Below are positions 61,782-64,000 of a stretch of 64,000 bases of DNA, piece by piece. The position numbers were made by a program, and so were the translations under genes. The notes under the pieces were generated by a model, which worked only from the letters and a program-made list of their open reading frames with translations, had not been told where the DNA came from and ran no database searches. How positions within the stretch are numbered: position 1 is the first letter of the stretch; each line of letters opens with the position of its first letter. Source of the stretch: Octopus sinensis (Eukaryota); the NCBI RefSeq assembly GCF_006345805.1, contig NW_021833827.1:1-64000 (forward strand), given 5' to 3'.

Positions 61782-62209
61782 TACTCTTTACTCTTTTACA
61801 CTTTTCCTTGTTTCAGTCATTTGACTGCGACCATGCTGGAGCACCACCTTTTAGTCGAGCAAATTGACCCCGGGACTTATTCTTTGTAAGCCCAGTACTT
61901 ATTCTATCGGTCTCTTTTGCCGAACCGCTAAGTGACGGGGATGTAAACACACCAGCATCGGTTGTCAAGCAATGCTAGGGAGACAAACACAGACACACAA
62001 ACACACACACGCATATATATATATATATATATATACATATATACGACGGGCTTCTTTTCAGTTTCCGTCTACCAAATCCACTCACAAGGCATTGGTCGGC
62101 CTGGGGCTATAGCAGAAGACACTTGCCCAAGATGCCACGCAGTGGGACTGAACCCGGAACCATGTGGTTGGTTAGCAAGCTACTTACCACACAGCCACTC
62201 CTGCGCCTA
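61782..62209 (-). mobile_element. Family C SINE, full length
   Basis: Same layout as the other copies. Confidence 0.88.
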
Positions 62210-62250
62210 TATATATATAATATATATATATATATATGACTTGTTTTGAA

Positions 62251-62483
62251 AGGCGGTGAGCTGGCAGAAACGTTAGCACACCGGGCAAAATGCGTAGCCG
62301 TATTTTATCTGCCGTTACGTTCTGGGTTCAAACCCCGCCGAGGTCGACTTTGCCTTTCATCCTTTCGGGGTCGATAAATTAAGTACCAGTTACGCACTGG
62401 GGGTCGATGTAATCGACTTAATCCGTTTGTCTGTCCTTGTTTGTCCCCTCTGTGTTTAGCCCCTTGTGGGTAGTAAAGAAATA
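62251..62483 (+). mobile_element. Family D SINE, full length
   Basis: AGGCGGTGAGCTGGCAGAAACGTTAGC...GGGTTCAAAC...GCCTTTCATCCTTTCGGGGTCGATAAATTAAGTACC...GTAGTAAAGAAATA. Confidence 0.88.
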
Positions 62484-62579
62484 TATATATATATATAATA
62501 TATATAATATATAGGCATGTACAGAAAAAGGCATAACAGTAATAAATAATCGTTCATTTTATTCCAGTTACATATATTC

Positions 62580-62793
62580 TTTTACTCTTTTACTTGTTTC
62601 AGTCATTTGACTGTGGCCATGCTGGAGCACCACCTTTTAGTCGGGCAAATCGACTAGAATAAGCCTAGAACCTATTCTATCGGACTCTTTTGCCGAACTG
62701 CTAAGTTATGGAGACGTAAACACACCAGCATCGGTTGTCAAGCGATGTTGGTGGGGTGGACAAACACAGACACACCATCATATACACACATAC

Positions 62794-62825
<32 letters not shown>

Positions 62826-63003
62826 GTACATATATATATGACGGGCTTCTTTCAGTTTCCGTCTACCAAATCCACTCACAAGGCTTTGGTCGACCCGAGG
62901 CTACAGTAAAAGACACTTGTCCAAGGTGTCACGATGTGGGACTGAACCCAGAACCATGTGGTTCGTAAGCAAGCTACTTACCACACAGCCACTCCTACGG
63001 CTA
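62580..63003 (-). mobile_element. Family C SINE
   Basis: Same layout as the other copies. Confidence 0.85.
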
Positions 63004-63342
63004 CATGTTTCTGATAAGAATCGGGAACCATAGTTACCAAGAAAATAAATGGAGTAAGTTTGTTCTCTGCTTTATTCAATTGGTGAACCATGGGGTCAAT
63101 TAGTAATGGTGGTTATAGTACCAAGGGTCTATGATTCTCCAGCCTTATGGGAAACATGTGAAAACCAGCTGGAATAAAACTAATAAATACCCATTAGCTT
63201 TGACCCTTTTTCGAGAATGCCCTGTAACAAAACAGCAATTTTACTTGGTGACAAAACCTTAAATTTACAAGGTGGACTTATGACAGTTTGTTAAAGTACA
63301 TGTCACCTGGATTCCCAAATATCACTGGACAATTCGTTTACC

Positions 63343-63750
63343 TCTCTTTACTCTCTTTTACTTCTTTCAGTCATTTGACTGTGGCCATGCTGGAGCACCG
63401 CCTTTAATCAAGCAAATCAACTCCGGGACTTATTCTTTTTGTAAGCCCAGTACTTATTCTATCGGTCTCTTTTGCCGAACCGCTAAGTGACAGGGACGTA
63501 AACACACCAGCATCGGTTGTCAAGCAATGCTAGGGGGACAAACACATACACACAAACACACACACGCATATATATATACACATATATACAACGGGCTTCT
63601 TTCAGTTTCCATCTACCAAATCCACTCACAAGGCTTTGGTCGGTCCGAGGTTATAGTAGAAGACACTTGCCCAAGTTGCCACGCAGTGGGACTGAACCCG
63701 GAACCATGTGGTTGGTAAACAAGCTACTTACCACACCACCACTCCTGCGC
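63343..63750 (-). mobile_element. Family C SINE
   Basis: Same layout as the other copies. Confidence 0.85.
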
Positions 63751-64000
63751 TTATTTTTCTTCGCAAAGAGCTTATGAAATATTTTGTCTGTCTTGTTCAT
63801 TACATTCTCATTTGACATTTGACTATAGACACACACATACACTCATATAAATACAAACACACACACAGACACACACATATATATATATGAGCTCACCATG
63901 TCACGCACATATGGTTGTGATGCATGTGCCTAGTGTACCCTTATCAGACGGGTAGTCATGTTGGGTATACTGGGCTTTGTATATTTTACCCCAGTGTCAC

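Overview
Repeat-saturated, gene-free animal genomic DNA, most likely octopus/cephalopod. That assignment is inferred from the tRNA-derived SINE families and the (TA)n/(TACA)n load and was not checked against a database. No host protein-coding gene is supported: every listed ORF is a microsatellite, satellite or retroelement artefact. The centre is a ~34.5 kb satellite domain (~17,390-51,900). Its core is a TE-free ~31.3 kb array of ~346 units of 90/91 bp, each a dimer of a 45-bp ancestral monomer, with nested higher-order duplications. The core is flanked on both sides by diverged 45-bp monomers that carry CR1, SINE and Helitron insertions. The flanking 17 kb and 12 kb are mosaics of at least five SINE families, RTE and CR1 LINE 3' ends with TSDs, non-autonomous Helitrons, foldback/TIR MITEs and microsatellites. 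The most notable signal lies in the first 15 kb: several unrelated type I hammerhead ribozyme motifs of the minimal Penelope-like/retrozyme type. These include a perfect 144-bp inverted repeat carrying two hammerheads and a tRNA-headed element with an internal hammerhead. A 12-bp GATA-motif minisatellite appears to have expanded inside a SINE head.
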